DNA from: an uncultured virus (IMG/VR IMGVR_UViG_3300044956_000873)
Taxonomy: Duplodnaviria; Heunggongvirae; Uroviricota; Caudoviricetes
Virus record (IMG/VR): IMGVR_UViG_3300044956_000873
DNA: 55,319 nucleotides
Reading direction: 5' to 3' (one strand)
The notes beneath the pieces are model-generated. The model did no database searches. It saw nothing but the letters and a program-made list of their open reading frames with translations, and was not told where the DNA came from. The position numbers were made by a program, and so were the translations under genes. Below, in pieces: positions 37,874 through 48,252 of the stretch (position 1 is its first letter; each line of letters opens with the position of its first letter).

Positions 37874-40192
37874 ATGGAAAAAAATATTAATCTGGGGATC
37901 AATAGATTAAATATGGAAACTTCTAGAAATGCCGCAGATTCTCTTAGAGATTGGGCTGGACTAGGATCAGAAAAAAAACCTGTTGCATCTACTTTCCTTG
38001 GGGGCTCAACAGCTCAAATGCTTAAAGAATCGCAAAACTTTGATATTTCAGGACAACCTAAAAATAACGTTGTTTTTAGTTTTGGTCTAGTTAATACGGT
38101 TTCTGCTTTAAAAAATTCTTCTCTAGGTGATCTTCCTGCAGGAAAAATACTTTTAGAAAAATATGAGCACTTATTATTAGGAAAAGGAATTTCTGAAGCT
38201 TTCGTATTAGAAGGACTTTTAAACGACCTTAAATCATTTTCTTGGGAAAATTCAGTAGTTCCAGTTTTAGAAAATTTAGAAAGAATTTTTGAAAACAGAA
38301 GAAGAGAAATAGAGGTTATTAAAACATATGAATCTATTAAAAATGCACCAGGAAGGGAACTTTTTTCTGATGCTACTAAACAAATGAAATCGTGGTTGCT
38401 TGCAGAAAATAAATCAAGCGATACCTTAATCCATTGTCTTAAAAGCTTTGGATTTAATAGAATGGTTAGAAACTTGGTTAGCTTTCTGTCTCTTTATGAA
38501 AATGAAAGCAGTGGCAAATTCCATGTAGGTTTTGATAACAGCGTTTGTAAGATAGATAATTTATATTCACCTATATCAGTTAATGAAAATAAGACATTGT
38601 TTTACTCCTCTGATAAATTTTTAAAGATAGATCACGAATCAGGAATTATTCAAGAATGTAACATGGATGAGATACCTGCTGAACTTGCAAATAAGGCTCA
38701 AATAGTTAGCGATAGAGACGTAAAAATCGATAATAATAAGATTTTATTAAATATTGGAAACAATAAGGTAGAGATAGTTTTTACGAACGAATCTAAAGAG
38801 GTTTACTTCGATGGTAAAAGAATAAACGAAGAAGATCTTCCTGTTGCAGTTAGTGTTAACACTAATAATCTTTTAGAAAGCGCTAACCATAAAATCAATA
38901 AGGCAGTTTTCGTAGCTAGATCTGCTGAAGACATCGTTGATATCGATTTTGGTAAAAAGATAAAATCTAAAGTATACGAGAACGTAGAAGTTAATCTATT
39001 TAAAACTGAAGCTGGTATTTATGTTCAAACAGTTAATCCAGCAATGAGATTAAATAAGATCTACGAAGCAAATGCAACTCAAGCAATTAAAATTGTTAAA
39101 GACTTTATCAAATACGATATCTCTGAATCACTAACAGAATTCTTAGAAGGAGAAGAGGCTTTCTTAAGTGTAATGAAAAATGACAAAAATGAGATAGTTA
39201 AAAACGTAGAGATCTTAGAAAATCAGCTTAGAAAATTAGATTTAGCCAAGAGAGAAAATCCTTTGCTTGCTAGCTCTGAAGAACTTATCACATTAGAGGA
39301 AGGAATTTACAATGAAATTTCATCGCTACAAGATAGATGGAACCAAATCAATCTTGAAATTTCTAGATTCGAAAACAGAGCAAAAGAGGTTCCTTCAGTT
39401 AACGAGGATCTTGGATATCCAATCGATACTGAGGTTAGAATAAAAAGAAACGGAAATAAAGGCAGAGTGATAGGAGTAGACGGAAGCTCTAAAACTTATA
39501 CTATTCTTTTTAAGGAAGGTAAAACTGGAGAATATTTCTTTTCGGATGTCGAAGATCTAGAAGACGAAATTGACAGATATGATATTAAAGCACCGGATCT
39601 TGATTTAGAATACACTAATGAATCTAACCAGAACTTTGCAAATGCCCCAGGTAATAGAGGAGGATCTCACAAAGATTCTAGAATAGAAGCTCTTTCTAAA
39701 AAACACTTGGCACATGCGCCAGATAAAAAAACAGGTTCTTCCGCTAAGTTTATAAACAATGAGAAAGGTACAATGGCAGGTTTACCTAAGAGTGGTAAAT
39801 CAGCACCTTTTACGGGAAGAGGTGTTAAATCTAAATCTGCTAACATGGCTAATCTTCCTAGCAAACGAGAAGGGAGAAGCGGTAAAAAGTTCTTAGATAA
39901 TTTAGAAAATTTAGACCTTGCTAAAGCACCTAGTGCTTCCCTAAAAGGATCTGCTAAATTTATTCAAGACCTTAAGAATATGAATTTAGCTACCCTTAAA
40001 GAGAGTCAAAAAAATTCACACATCGAAAAGGCACCTAAAGGTAAATCAGAAAAGTCTAAGAAATTTATCGAGGATGAGGATGATTTTAACTTTGCAGATG
40101 CTCACGGAAACAGTAAAAAGAACGGAAAAAGATTTGCAGAAAAAGATAAAGTAGCAAACCTTTCCTCCGCACCGAATACAAAAAAAAAGTAA
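37874..40192 (+). CDS. prohead core/scaffold-like protein with SH3-like domain and C-terminal repeats
   Basis: Many (L/I/V)-x-E sites, coiled coil, ~21-aa KF..NLAxAP repeats; late motif upstream. Confidence 0.55.
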   Translation: MEKNINLGINRLNMETSRNAADSLRDWAGLGSEKKPVASTFLGGSTAQMLKESQNFDISGQPKNNVVFSFGLVNTVSALKNSSLGDLPAGKILLEKYEHLLLGKGISEAFVLEGLLNDLKSFSWENSVVPVLENLERIFENRRREIEVIKTYESIKNAPGRELFSDATKQMKSWLLAENKSSDTLIHCLKSFGFNRMVRNLVSFLSLYENESSGKFHVGFDNSVCKIDNLYSPISVNENKTLFYSSDKFLKIDHESGIIQECNMDEIPAELANKAQIVSDRDVKIDNNKILLNIGNNKVEIVFTNESKEVYFDGKRINEEDLPVAVSVNTNNLLESANHKINKAVFVARSAEDIVDIDFGKKIKSKVYENVEVNLFKTEAGIYVQTVNPAMRLNKIYEANATQAIKIVKDFIKYDISESLTEFLEGEEAFLSVMKNDKNEIVKNVEILENQLRKLDLAKRENPLLASSEELITLEEGIYNEISSLQDRWNQINLEISRFENRAKEVPSVNEDLGYPIDTEVRIKRNGNKGRVIGVDGSSKTYTILFKEGKTGEYFFSDVEDLEDEIDRYDIKAPDLDLEYTNESNQNFANAPGNRGGSHKDSRIEALSKKHLAHAPDKKTGSSAKFINNEKGTMAGLPKSGKSAPFTGRGVKSKSANMANLPSKREGRSGKKFLDNLENLDLAKAPSASLKGSAKFIQDLKNMNLATLKESQKNSHIEKAPKGKSEKSKKFIEDEDDFNFADAHGNSKKNGKRFAEKDKVANLSSAPNTKKK

Positions 40193-40440
40193 ATAGACAA
40201 TCAATAAGTGAGTCTATTGCCAAAGACCCAGACGAGGGAATTGGTAATAGACTCAATTTTGTTTTAGACGATTTGAAAAATTGTTTAGAAAAAATAAAAG
40301 GATTAGAAACTTCTAGTGAAGAAAACGGTAAGATAGGTATAGACACAATTAGAAATTCTAGGAAAAATTTGGAAGAATTAAGGGTTAATTTAGAACAACA
40401 GATAGAGAAGCTCCAAAATAATATTCCACAACAAGAATGA
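40189..40440 (+). CDS. -1 frameshift extension (83 aa) of the preceding gene
   Basis: Open -1 frame without ATG after A AAA AAG; its stop overlaps the next ATG (ATGA). Confidence 0.65.
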   Translation, partial: VNRQSISESIAKDPDEGIGNRLNFVLDDLKNCLEKIKGLETSSEENGKIGIDTIRNSRKNLEELRVNLEQQIEKLQNNIPQQE

Positions 40441-40793
40441 TATACATAAAAAACAAAGAGTTAAAAAGAGCTCTCCTAGAAAGCAAAGAAAAAGGTCGTC
40501 TAACAGATGAGACTGTTAAAATGTTTACTCTTATAGTAAAAGGGATATCCAAAACCCATTCTTATAGAGATAATGAAGACAGAGAAGATTGTATATCCTC
40601 TGGTTTAGAAGATCTTCTTAAGTATTGGAACAGATACGACCCAGAAAAATCTGACAATCCTTTCGCCTTTATGTCTCAAATAGCACATAACGGAATGAAG
40701 AAAGGTTGGAAGAAAATACATCCGCCTAAATCTCCTAAGACCATTCCTTTCTCCAAAATAGTAAGAGAAGAGAATTCCAATTATAATGTGTGA
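40437..40793 (+). CDS. late-transcription sigma factor (T4 gp55-like)
   Basis: YIKNKEL, REDCIS, YDPEKSDNPFAFMSQIAHN. Confidence 0.8.
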   Translation: MIYIKNKELKRALLESKEKGRLTDETVKMFTLIVKGISKTHSYRDNEDREDCISSGLEDLLKYWNRYDPEKSDNPFAFMSQIAHNGMKKGWKKIHPPKSPKTIPFSKIVREENSNYNV

Positions 40794-40839
40794 TTGGAAT
40801 TTCGAGCCAATTGGAGATATATAAATTAAAAATTTTTAA

Positions 40840-41499
40840 ATGGGTAAGAAACTTGTGTTAACAGAATTAGAAATAAAAAATATAATAAATCTTTATACCG
40901 TTGAAAGAGATAACATAAAAAATATATCAGTAAAAATGGGAATTGGTCCTAAAATAATAAGAAGAGTATTAACTGAAAATAATATCAAGCTCGATGGGAT
41001 CGAAAATAGATTTTATAGGATACTAACTAGAGAACATAAACAAAAAATATCTAAATCTCTAATAGGAAAAACTTCTCCCATGAAAGGTAAAAAAATGAAT
41101 TCTGAAAAAAGGATTAAAAATTATGAGATACAATTAGGAATTAAAAATTTTTCTCTGTCAGAATTTACAAACTATGGAAAGTTCAGATTTATTATGAGAT
41201 GGGTATCAAGATATAAGATCTCAACCAAAGGAGAGGAATATGTATATTCTTTTATTAAAAAAATATACAATGATCAAAAATTTAATTAAATATATGATTT
41301 ATGAATAAAAAATAAAAATAAATGGAGTATACCAACAATAAATCATATTATTCCTGTAAGTAGAGGAGGAGATAAATTCGATATTAATAATATTCAAATA
41401 TTAACATGGTTTGAAAATAGAGCTAAAGCAGAAATGACTCAAAAAGAATGGGACGAATTTAAAATACAAACAAATACAAAATCTAGCCTATTCGTATGA
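40840..41499 (+). pseudogene. HNH homing endonuclease pseudogene
   Basis: NUMOD3-like segment; frame continues past TAA 41287 and TGA 41302 into NHIIPVSRGG...NIQILTWFENRAK; ends in an ATGA overlap. Confidence 0.8.
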
Positions 41500-41993
41500 A
41501 AAATATTAAGAATCTTAAACCTAATAAGAATATCAAATATGATCAGGGATTTTACATTCCAAATAATCCTAAAAAATATATAGGGGATATTCACAATATT
41601 ATTTATAGAAGTTCATGGGAGAGAAAATTCTGTCAGTATTGCGATATTAATCCAAATATATTAAAATGGAGCTCAGAATCCCTATGTGTAGATTATTGGA
41701 ATCCAGTTGATAAAAAAGAGCATAAATATTATATAGATTACTATATACAGGTAAAAAAATTAGACGATCAAATTGAAAACTGGTTAATTGAAATAAAACC
41801 AGAGGATCAATATGCACTTCATAAAAGGCCCAAAGAACCTGTTGGAAATCTAACAGAAAAAAAAGTAAGGTCTTACAACGAAAAACTCAAAACGTGGATA
41901 ACAAATAGAGCTAAGTTTGAAGCAGCAACTAGATTTGCTGAATCTAGAGGATACAAATTCGGTGCTATCAACGAAAGCTTTATAATAAGATGA
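41496..41993 (+). CDS. head completion nuclease (T4 gp4 / TnsA-like)
   Basis: NPKKYIGD, YRSSWERKFC, WSSE, LIEIKP. Confidence 0.88.
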   Translation: MKNIKNLKPNKNIKYDQGFYIPNNPKKYIGDIHNIIYRSSWERKFCQYCDINPNILKWSSESLCVDYWNPVDKKEHKYYIDYYIQVKKLDDQIENWLIEIKPEDQYALHKRPKEPVGNLTEKKVRSYNEKLKTWITNRAKFEAATRFAESRGYKFGAINESFIIR

Positions 41994-42586
41994 TCCAACC
42001 TTTTAGACAAAAATTTAATGATTATAAACTTTCAGTGTCGGGATTATCTTCCCTTCCCGAAGAATCTTTTATGCACTGGGTAAAAAATTATATCAATAAG
42101 GATTCCCAGTTTAATCCTTTAAATTTTTTGCAAGGGAAAGTTTACTCCTTTGCTTATAACGATAAGCTAGAACCTGGTAAAAAATTCATAAATAAAAGAC
42201 CAGTGATATTTTTTACTGGATATGATAACTACGAAAAGAAAAATCTATTTAACGGATTAGATCTAGTTTTAATATCTCCTATTTTTAGATTAGCATTTTT
42301 CGAAAGAGTACAAAGTGTATTCCAGGATCAGATAGAAAGAAACTTAAAAAAAGAAGAAACGGGAGAGGATAGAGATCAAGCTCCCCTTAGAACTGAATAT
42401 CAAATAATGGAAACAATTCTTAAAGGAATCCCCTATAAACATGCGTATAGATCATGGGATTTGAAAAAAGTTAAGGATGTTATGGAAATTCCTTTTGAAG
42501 ATTGGGCTAGAATAGTATATCTGGATACTCGATCAATTGAAGGGACCCAGTTAAATGAAATATATAATAAAAATTCACAAGTCTAA
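41990..42586 (+). CDS. DNA end protector (gp2-like)
   Basis: GKVYSFAY, RPVIF, GLDL, EIPFEDW; adjacent to gp4. Confidence 0.55.
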   Translation: MIQPFRQKFNDYKLSVSGLSSLPEESFMHWVKNYINKDSQFNPLNFLQGKVYSFAYNDKLEPGKKFINKRPVIFFTGYDNYEKKNLFNGLDLVLISPIFRLAFFERVQSVFQDQIERNLKKEETGEDRDQAPLRTEYQIMETILKGIPYKHAYRSWDLKKVKDVMEIPFEDWARIVYLDTRSIEGTQLNEIYNKNSQV

Positions 42587-44196
42587 TGGCTGGATTTACC
42601 GACGATAAAAAATCATTCTTTAGCTCTATTATAGATAGTATAAAGAAAGTAGGTAGTTTTGGAATGGCCTATGAAGATCTTGTTGTAAAGAATTCACAAG
42701 CAGTAGGTATAACTGAAGCTCAGTTTCTACAAAAGGGGGGAATTAAAGATGAATCATTCCTATTTGGTTTAAGAAGAGCAGATACTACAACTAAGCAGTA
42801 CATAGCTTATTTTGATAAGGACTATAAAAATAAAAGACACTATCTACAGGGATTTGCTCAGAATCCAGAAATTGAATTTATATTAGATACAATATGTGAC
42901 GAGTCCATAGTTTATGATGAGAAAAACTTTTGGGCTTACTTCACATTTATGCAACATGATGACGTTGATGAGGAAACATACGACAAAGTTCAAAAAAGAT
43001 ACAAAGAGATTTATAACCTATTTGGATTCAATCAGGATATTTCCGCATGGCATTTATTTAGAAAATTTTTAGTAGATGGTATAATAGCATTCGAAATAGT
43101 TTTTGATAAGAAGGGAAAAAATATAGTTGGGTTTAAAGAATTAGATCCCTGGTCTTTAATACCAACAGTAGAAGCACAGCCAGATGGTTCTTTTATCGAT
43201 ATATGGATACAGTATCCTGACAATCCATCACTGACAAGAAAACTTTATGATTCTCAGATAATTTATATAAGTTACGCTAAAGGTGGAGGGACATCCTCTA
43301 GGGTTAGTTACTGTGAAAGAATGATACGCTCTTTTAATCTTCTAAGAATAATGGAGCACACAAGAATTATTTGGAACGTGATGAACTCGTCATACAGAAT
43401 GGCGATGACAGTTCCCATTGGTACTAGATCTCCACAAAAAGCAAAGCAAACGCTAGGAGAGTTAATGTCTATATACAAAGAAGATATAAGACTTAACACC
43501 GACAGTGGAGAATTAAGCATAGATGGTAGACCAAAGATTCAATTCTTTAAGAATTATTTAATGCCTTCCTCCCCTAACGGTACTTCTGATATACAGCCAC
43601 TTCCCGGCGGGGGTGATACCACAGCATTCTCTGACACTACGGTTCTTAAATACTTTGCTAATAAATTAAGGATGGATTCTAAAATTCCAGCTACTAGATT
43701 CGGTAGGGAAGAATCAGGATCAGAAGGAACTATAACTTTTACTGCAGAGGGACTAGATCAAGAAGAAGTAAGATTTGGTAAATTTATAAACAGGTTAAGA
43801 TCGATCTACCAGGAGATATTAATGAAGCCACTTTGGGTTCAATTCTGTTTAGATTTTCCGCACCTGAAAAAAGACTATATAATAAAATCCGAATTCGGTC
43901 TAGACTATGTAAAGGAAAACATGTTTAGAGAAGCCAAAGAAATGGAGGTTTTAACAGCAAGAAAAGACCAGGTGATTAAAATATCTGCTCTTATGAATTC
44001 TGCGGGGAAAAAATACTTCAGCATGGATTTCTTAGTCGATCGATGGCTAGGGGTAAGAGGACAAGATTTAATTGGTAATAAAAAAGCTAAAGAGAAAGCT
44101 GCAGAAGCTAAAAAGAAAGCTGCAGAAGCTGAAGGAGGTGCTACTGGAGCAGAGGGTGCTACTGGAGAAGAAGGCGGAGGCGAATTTACACTATAA
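42586..44196 (+). CDS. portal protein 1 (gp20-like)
   Basis: PEIEFILDTICDE, FRKFLVDG, RSFNLLRIMEHTRIIW, EEVRFGKFINRLR. Confidence 0.9.
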   Translation: MAGFTDDKKSFFSSIIDSIKKVGSFGMAYEDLVVKNSQAVGITEAQFLQKGGIKDESFLFGLRRADTTTKQYIAYFDKDYKNKRHYLQGFAQNPEIEFILDTICDESIVYDEKNFWAYFTFMQHDDVDEETYDKVQKRYKEIYNLFGFNQDISAWHLFRKFLVDGIIAFEIVFDKKGKNIVGFKELDPWSLIPTVEAQPDGSFIDIWIQYPDNPSLTRKLYDSQIIYISYAKGGGTSSRVSYCERMIRSFNLLRIMEHTRIIWNVMNSSYRMAMTVPIGTRSPQKAKQTLGELMSIYKEDIRLNTDSGELSIDGRPKIQFFKNYLMPSSPNGTSDIQPLPGGGDTTAFSDTTVLKYFANKLRMDSKIPATRFGREESGSEGTITFTAEGLDQEEVRFGKFINRLRSIYQEILMKPLWVQFCLDFPHLKKDYIIKSEFGLDYVKENMFREAKEMEVLTARKDQVIKISALMNSAGKKYFSMDFLVDRWLGVRGQDLIGNKKAKEKAAEAKKKAAEAEGGATGAEGATGEEGGGEFTL

Positions 44197-44202
44197 AATA
44201 AT

Positions 44203-45834
44203 ATGGCTGGATTTTTAGATAATTTAGGAAAAATAAACCCCAATATCTCTAGGATATTAAAAACTATTAGTGGACTAGGGTCTTTTGGAATGGAATATAA
44301 AGACATGGTTATCCAAGACTCTATAGCAATCGGTGTATCCGAAGCCAATATGAGGGAAAGATTTGGATTTACTGATTCCGACGAAGATTTTATCTATAGC
44401 ATAGCAGCTCAGGACACATCGAATAGAAAATACATAGCATACTTTGACAAAGATTATCCATTCAAAAGAGATTTTCTTAGAACATTCGCTCTAAATGCAG
44501 AAATAGAATATATCTTAGACACTATCTGTGACGAAGCAATAGTCTATGACGAAAAGAACTTTTTCTGCCATCCAGCTTTAATGAATATGGATCTTAAGGA
44601 GAATGTAATAAAATCTTTAAGAAATAATTTTAGAAAACTGTATGTATTGCACAATTTTGTAAATGGACTTACAGGATGGCAATATTTTAGACAATTAATA
44701 GTGGAAGGATTTCTTGCATTTGAAATTATATACTCCAATGATGGTAAAGAAATAGTAGGATTTAAAGAATTAGACGCAGCAAGTTTAACTCCTGCAGTCG
44801 AAAAAAAACCCGACGGTACTAGAGAAACTATATGGTGGCAATATTACGGTGAAACTGTAAGACAAAGAAAACTTCTTGATGCACAGGTCATTTATATATC
44901 TTATGCTAAAGCAAATGTAGTTTCTAGAGTTTCTTATACTGAAAGACTTATAAGGTCTTACAACTTGCTAAAAATCATGGAGCACTCCAGAATAATATGG
45001 AATGTGATGAATGCCCAGTATAGAATTAAGATGACAGTTCCTATTGGTAGCAAAGCTCCTCAAAAAGCTAAAGAAACATTAGGTGAGCTTATGTCCGTCT
45101 ATAAAGAAGATATTAAGCTTGATACAACATCAGGTGAACTCTCAATAAATGGTAGGCCGGATATACAGTTTTATAAAAACTATCTATTTCCACAACAAGG
45201 AGGCGAATCTGTTAGAATAGAGACACTAAATGCACAGGGACCAAACTTAAATATTATGGACTCGGTGGTTTATTTCTATAATAAATTAAGACAGGACTCT
45301 AAGATTCCTTACAACAGATTCTCTTCCCGATTTGGAGTTGGGTCTAATAATGTATTTAAAACTGCTGCAGATGGAGCGGAAAGGGATGAAGTTAGATTTG
45401 CTAAATTTATAACACGTCTTAGATCTATATTTCAGGAGATCATTGTTAAGCCCTTATGGATCCAAATGTGTTTAGATTTCCCAGATCTTAAGAATGATTC
45501 CGAATTTAGAAGTCAGATAGGAGTTAAGTTTGAAAGTGATAATGTATTTGGAGAATCTAGAGAGATAGAACAGCTAATAAAGAAAATAGATTTTATAACA
45601 TCTATGGGAGAAATTAAGGAAACTGTAAACGAAGAAGAGGTACAGTTTTTTGATCAGGATTTTATGATAGAAAGATGGTTAGACCTCTCTTATGATGATA
45701 TACAGTTAAATAAATCCTATGTAAAAAAATCCGAGGAAGCTGGAAAATCTGCGGCAACTGGAGCAACAGGAGGGGCAGAAGCAGGGGGAGCAGAAGCTGC
45801 AACAGGAGGAGCAGAAGCTGCAACAGGAGCTTAA
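44203..45834 (+). CDS. portal protein 2 (gp20-like paralog)
   Basis: Same motifs: EIEYILDTICDE, RSYNLLKIMEHSRIIW, RDEVRFAKFITRLR. Confidence 0.9.
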   Translation: MAGFLDNLGKINPNISRILKTISGLGSFGMEYKDMVIQDSIAIGVSEANMRERFGFTDSDEDFIYSIAAQDTSNRKYIAYFDKDYPFKRDFLRTFALNAEIEYILDTICDEAIVYDEKNFFCHPALMNMDLKENVIKSLRNNFRKLYVLHNFVNGLTGWQYFRQLIVEGFLAFEIIYSNDGKEIVGFKELDAASLTPAVEKKPDGTRETIWWQYYGETVRQRKLLDAQVIYISYAKANVVSRVSYTERLIRSYNLLKIMEHSRIIWNVMNAQYRIKMTVPIGSKAPQKAKETLGELMSVYKEDIKLDTTSGELSINGRPDIQFYKNYLFPQQGGESVRIETLNAQGPNLNIMDSVVYFYNKLRQDSKIPYNRFSSRFGVGSNNVFKTAADGAERDEVRFAKFITRLRSIFQEIIVKPLWIQMCLDFPDLKNDSEFRSQIGVKFESDNVFGESREIEQLIKKIDFITSMGEIKETVNEEEVQFFDQDFMIERWLDLSYDDIQLNKSYVKKSEEAGKSAATGATGGAEAGGAEAATGGAEAATGA

Positions 45835-45920
45835 CCGAAAACTTATCTAGTTTTTTAGTATAATATTTAAATCCTTTTTATTATTAAAATAGATTTTCTA
45901 TATTAGCTAAAAACAGATAA

Positions 45921-47246
45921 ATGCAGAAAGAACTTAGAATCCTGTTAGAGATAGAGAGCGCAACAGGAAACGGATCACAAAAAGTCAAACAAGATCTTAT
46001 AAAAAAAAATTACTCTAAGGAAATAGAATATCTCCTTAAGGTTTCCCTTGATCCATTCCTTACTACAAAATTACACAAGCTTCCTGTTTTACTTAACTCG
46101 CCTTACATCGTAGAGTGTGGTGATATTTTTGATCGCTTTAAAGATCTCACTAAAAAACTTTTTGAAGCACCCGCAGCCAACGACAATCTAAGAGAGGAAG
46201 CATTTGAACTAGTTAATTGCTTTCCATTATCGTTAGAAGAAAGAAAGATTTTGGCTAAAGTTTTAACAAAAAGATTAAACATAGGAATCGGAGCTAAGTT
46301 AATAAACAAAGCTTTTAATAAAGAAGTTATACCAGATCCTAGTCTAATGCTTGCGCAAGATGATGAAGATGAAATAAAAAAATGGGATTCTATAGTCTGT
46401 GAAGAGAAATATGATGGGGTAAGGGTAATTGCTTTTGTTTCTGGAGAGGAAGTAAAATTTTATACCAGAGCATTTAATGAAATACCCAATCAATACTTAA
46501 AAAAGATTGCGGACGAATGTTTGATATTAATTAAAAACTCAGGGCTACAGGGAGAATGGTTTTTTGACGGGGAACTTACCGACTCCAATAGAAAAAGCGT
46601 TTCTGGTAAAGTCACCCAAATGTTAAAGGGTAAACCAGTAGAATCTATAGGAGATGATCTATTTTATAATGTTTTTGATCTTGAAGATGCAGAAACGCTT
46701 AAAAGAGGTAAAGGCATTATTCCTTTCGACGTAAGGAGAGGCACATTAGAGGGTGTTTTTGTAACGTATAAGACGAATTCGCTTACTCTAGCAGATTCTT
46801 TCTTAACTACCGAAAAAGAAGAAATATACGCTTACTATAAGAAAATTGTAGATCAGGGAGGGGAGGGTGTTATCCTTAAAAATCCTGAGCACGTATACGA
46901 ATGCAAAAGATCTAAAAATTGGATCAAGTTAAAAGAGGTTAACGATTGTGATTTAATTATTACTGGCTGGTACCCAGGAGAAGGTAAAAGAGAAGGATTC
47001 ATAGGAGGATTCTACTGCGAGGATTCTTCTGGTACTGTTAAGGTTAAAATTGGTGCTGGTTTTACCGACCAAGATCTTAAAGATCTTAGCGAGAATCCAG
47101 ATTCTCAAATAGGTAAGGTTTGTGCTATACAATACAATGTTATAATAAATGATAAGAACGATAATTGGTCTTTATTCTTACCAAGATTTATAGAAATAAG
47201 AAACGATAAAGATTTGTGTGACGATATGAAGAATTTATGTAAATGA
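45921..47246 (+). CDS. ATP-dependent DNA ligase
   Basis: EEKYDGVR, FDGEL, EGVILK, WIKLK, LFLPRF. Confidence 0.93.
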   Translation: MQKELRILLEIESATGNGSQKVKQDLIKKNYSKEIEYLLKVSLDPFLTTKLHKLPVLLNSPYIVECGDIFDRFKDLTKKLFEAPAANDNLREEAFELVNCFPLSLEERKILAKVLTKRLNIGIGAKLINKAFNKEVIPDPSLMLAQDDEDEIKKWDSIVCEEKYDGVRVIAFVSGEEVKFYTRAFNEIPNQYLKKIADECLILIKNSGLQGEWFFDGELTDSNRKSVSGKVTQMLKGKPVESIGDDLFYNVFDLEDAETLKRGKGIIPFDVRRGTLEGVFVTYKTNSLTLADSFLTTEKEEIYAYYKKIVDQGGEGVILKNPEHVYECKRSKNWIKLKEVNDCDLIITGWYPGEGKREGFIGGFYCEDSSGTVKVKIGAGFTDQDLKDLSENPDSQIGKVCAIQYNVIINDKNDNWSLFLPRFIEIRNDKDLCDDMKNLCK

Positions 47247-47267
47247 TTTAAAATTTGTAAAAAATAG

Positions 47268-48215
47268 ATGATACAAGAATTACTAACAGAGAAATTAAGA
47301 CCGAAGGAGCTAAAACATATGATCTTACCACAAAGGATTAAGAGTTCTTTTGAAAATGGATTACAACAAAATGTTTTATTAGCAGGATCTCCTGGATCTG
47401 GTAAAACCAGTATGGCTAAGATTCTAATAAAAAATCACGCATACATTTTCATAAATGTTTCTGATGAAAGTTCTGTTGAAACAATTAGAACTAAGGTCCA
47501 TGATTTTTGTTCAACTGTTTCTATCCTGGATGGGAAGAAACAAACTAAGATCGTAGTACTAGATGAGTTTGACGGTGCATCTGATCAGTTCTACAAAGCT
47601 TTAAGAGGAACAATAGAGAAATATGCTAAAACCACAAGATTTGTTGCTACGTGCAACTATTTAAGCAAAATACCAGATGCTATTAGATCGAGATTTGAGG
47701 TTTACGATTTTGATCCTATGAGCAAGGAAGAGGAGCACGAAATAAAATCTCAATGGCAGGAGAGGGTATCTAAAATACTTAATTTAATGTCAATAGATCA
47801 CGACGACAGAAGTCTTGATTTGTTTACCAAAAAGTATTTTCCTGATATGAGGTCTGCTTTAAACACTATACAAAGGTGGGAGATAGACGGAGTAACAGAT
47901 TTAACAGAGAGTAAAATAAACGAAATAACCTTTGACCACGAGGAGATTTTTAATATGGTGGTTAGCAAACCAGATCCAATTAGAAATTATCAATACGTAG
48001 TTGGACAATATTCAGGAAGGGTCGACGAGGTTATGGCATCTTTAAGTTCAGACTTTATTAAATGGCTCGAAGAAAAGAATCCACAGAAATTAAACTTAAT
48101 CCCTTCTATAATTATTACTGTGGCAAGATATCAATCTCAAAGAAGTCAAGTAATAGATCCTATAGTTAGTCTATTAGCTTTAATATTTGAACTACAGCAG
48201 ATGCTTAATAAATAA
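47268..48215 (+). CDS. sliding clamp loader large subunit (gp44-like)
   Basis: EKLRP, GSPGSGKTS, LDEFD, TCNY, IRSRF, FPDMR. Confidence 0.92.
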   Translation: MIQELLTEKLRPKELKHMILPQRIKSSFENGLQQNVLLAGSPGSGKTSMAKILIKNHAYIFINVSDESSVETIRTKVHDFCSTVSILDGKKQTKIVVLDEFDGASDQFYKALRGTIEKYAKTTRFVATCNYLSKIPDAIRSRFEVYDFDPMSKEEEHEIKSQWQERVSKILNLMSIDHDDRSLDLFTKKYFPDMRSALNTIQRWEIDGVTDLTESKINEITFDHEEIFNMVVSKPDPIRNYQYVVGQYSGRVDEVMASLSSDFIKWLEEKNPQKLNLIPSIIITVARYQSQRSQVIDPIVSLLALIFELQQMLNK

Positions 48216-48252
48216 CAATTATACTAATCATTAAACAATAAAACCTTTAATA

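Noticed and set aside
41287..41304. Stop-codon reassignment
   Set aside because: Two different stops in a single gene; TAA, TAG and TGA all terminate intact core genes
41496..41993. Tn7 TnsA transposase
   Set aside because: Context next to gp2 and portal indicates T4 gp4 head completion nuclease; no tnsBC
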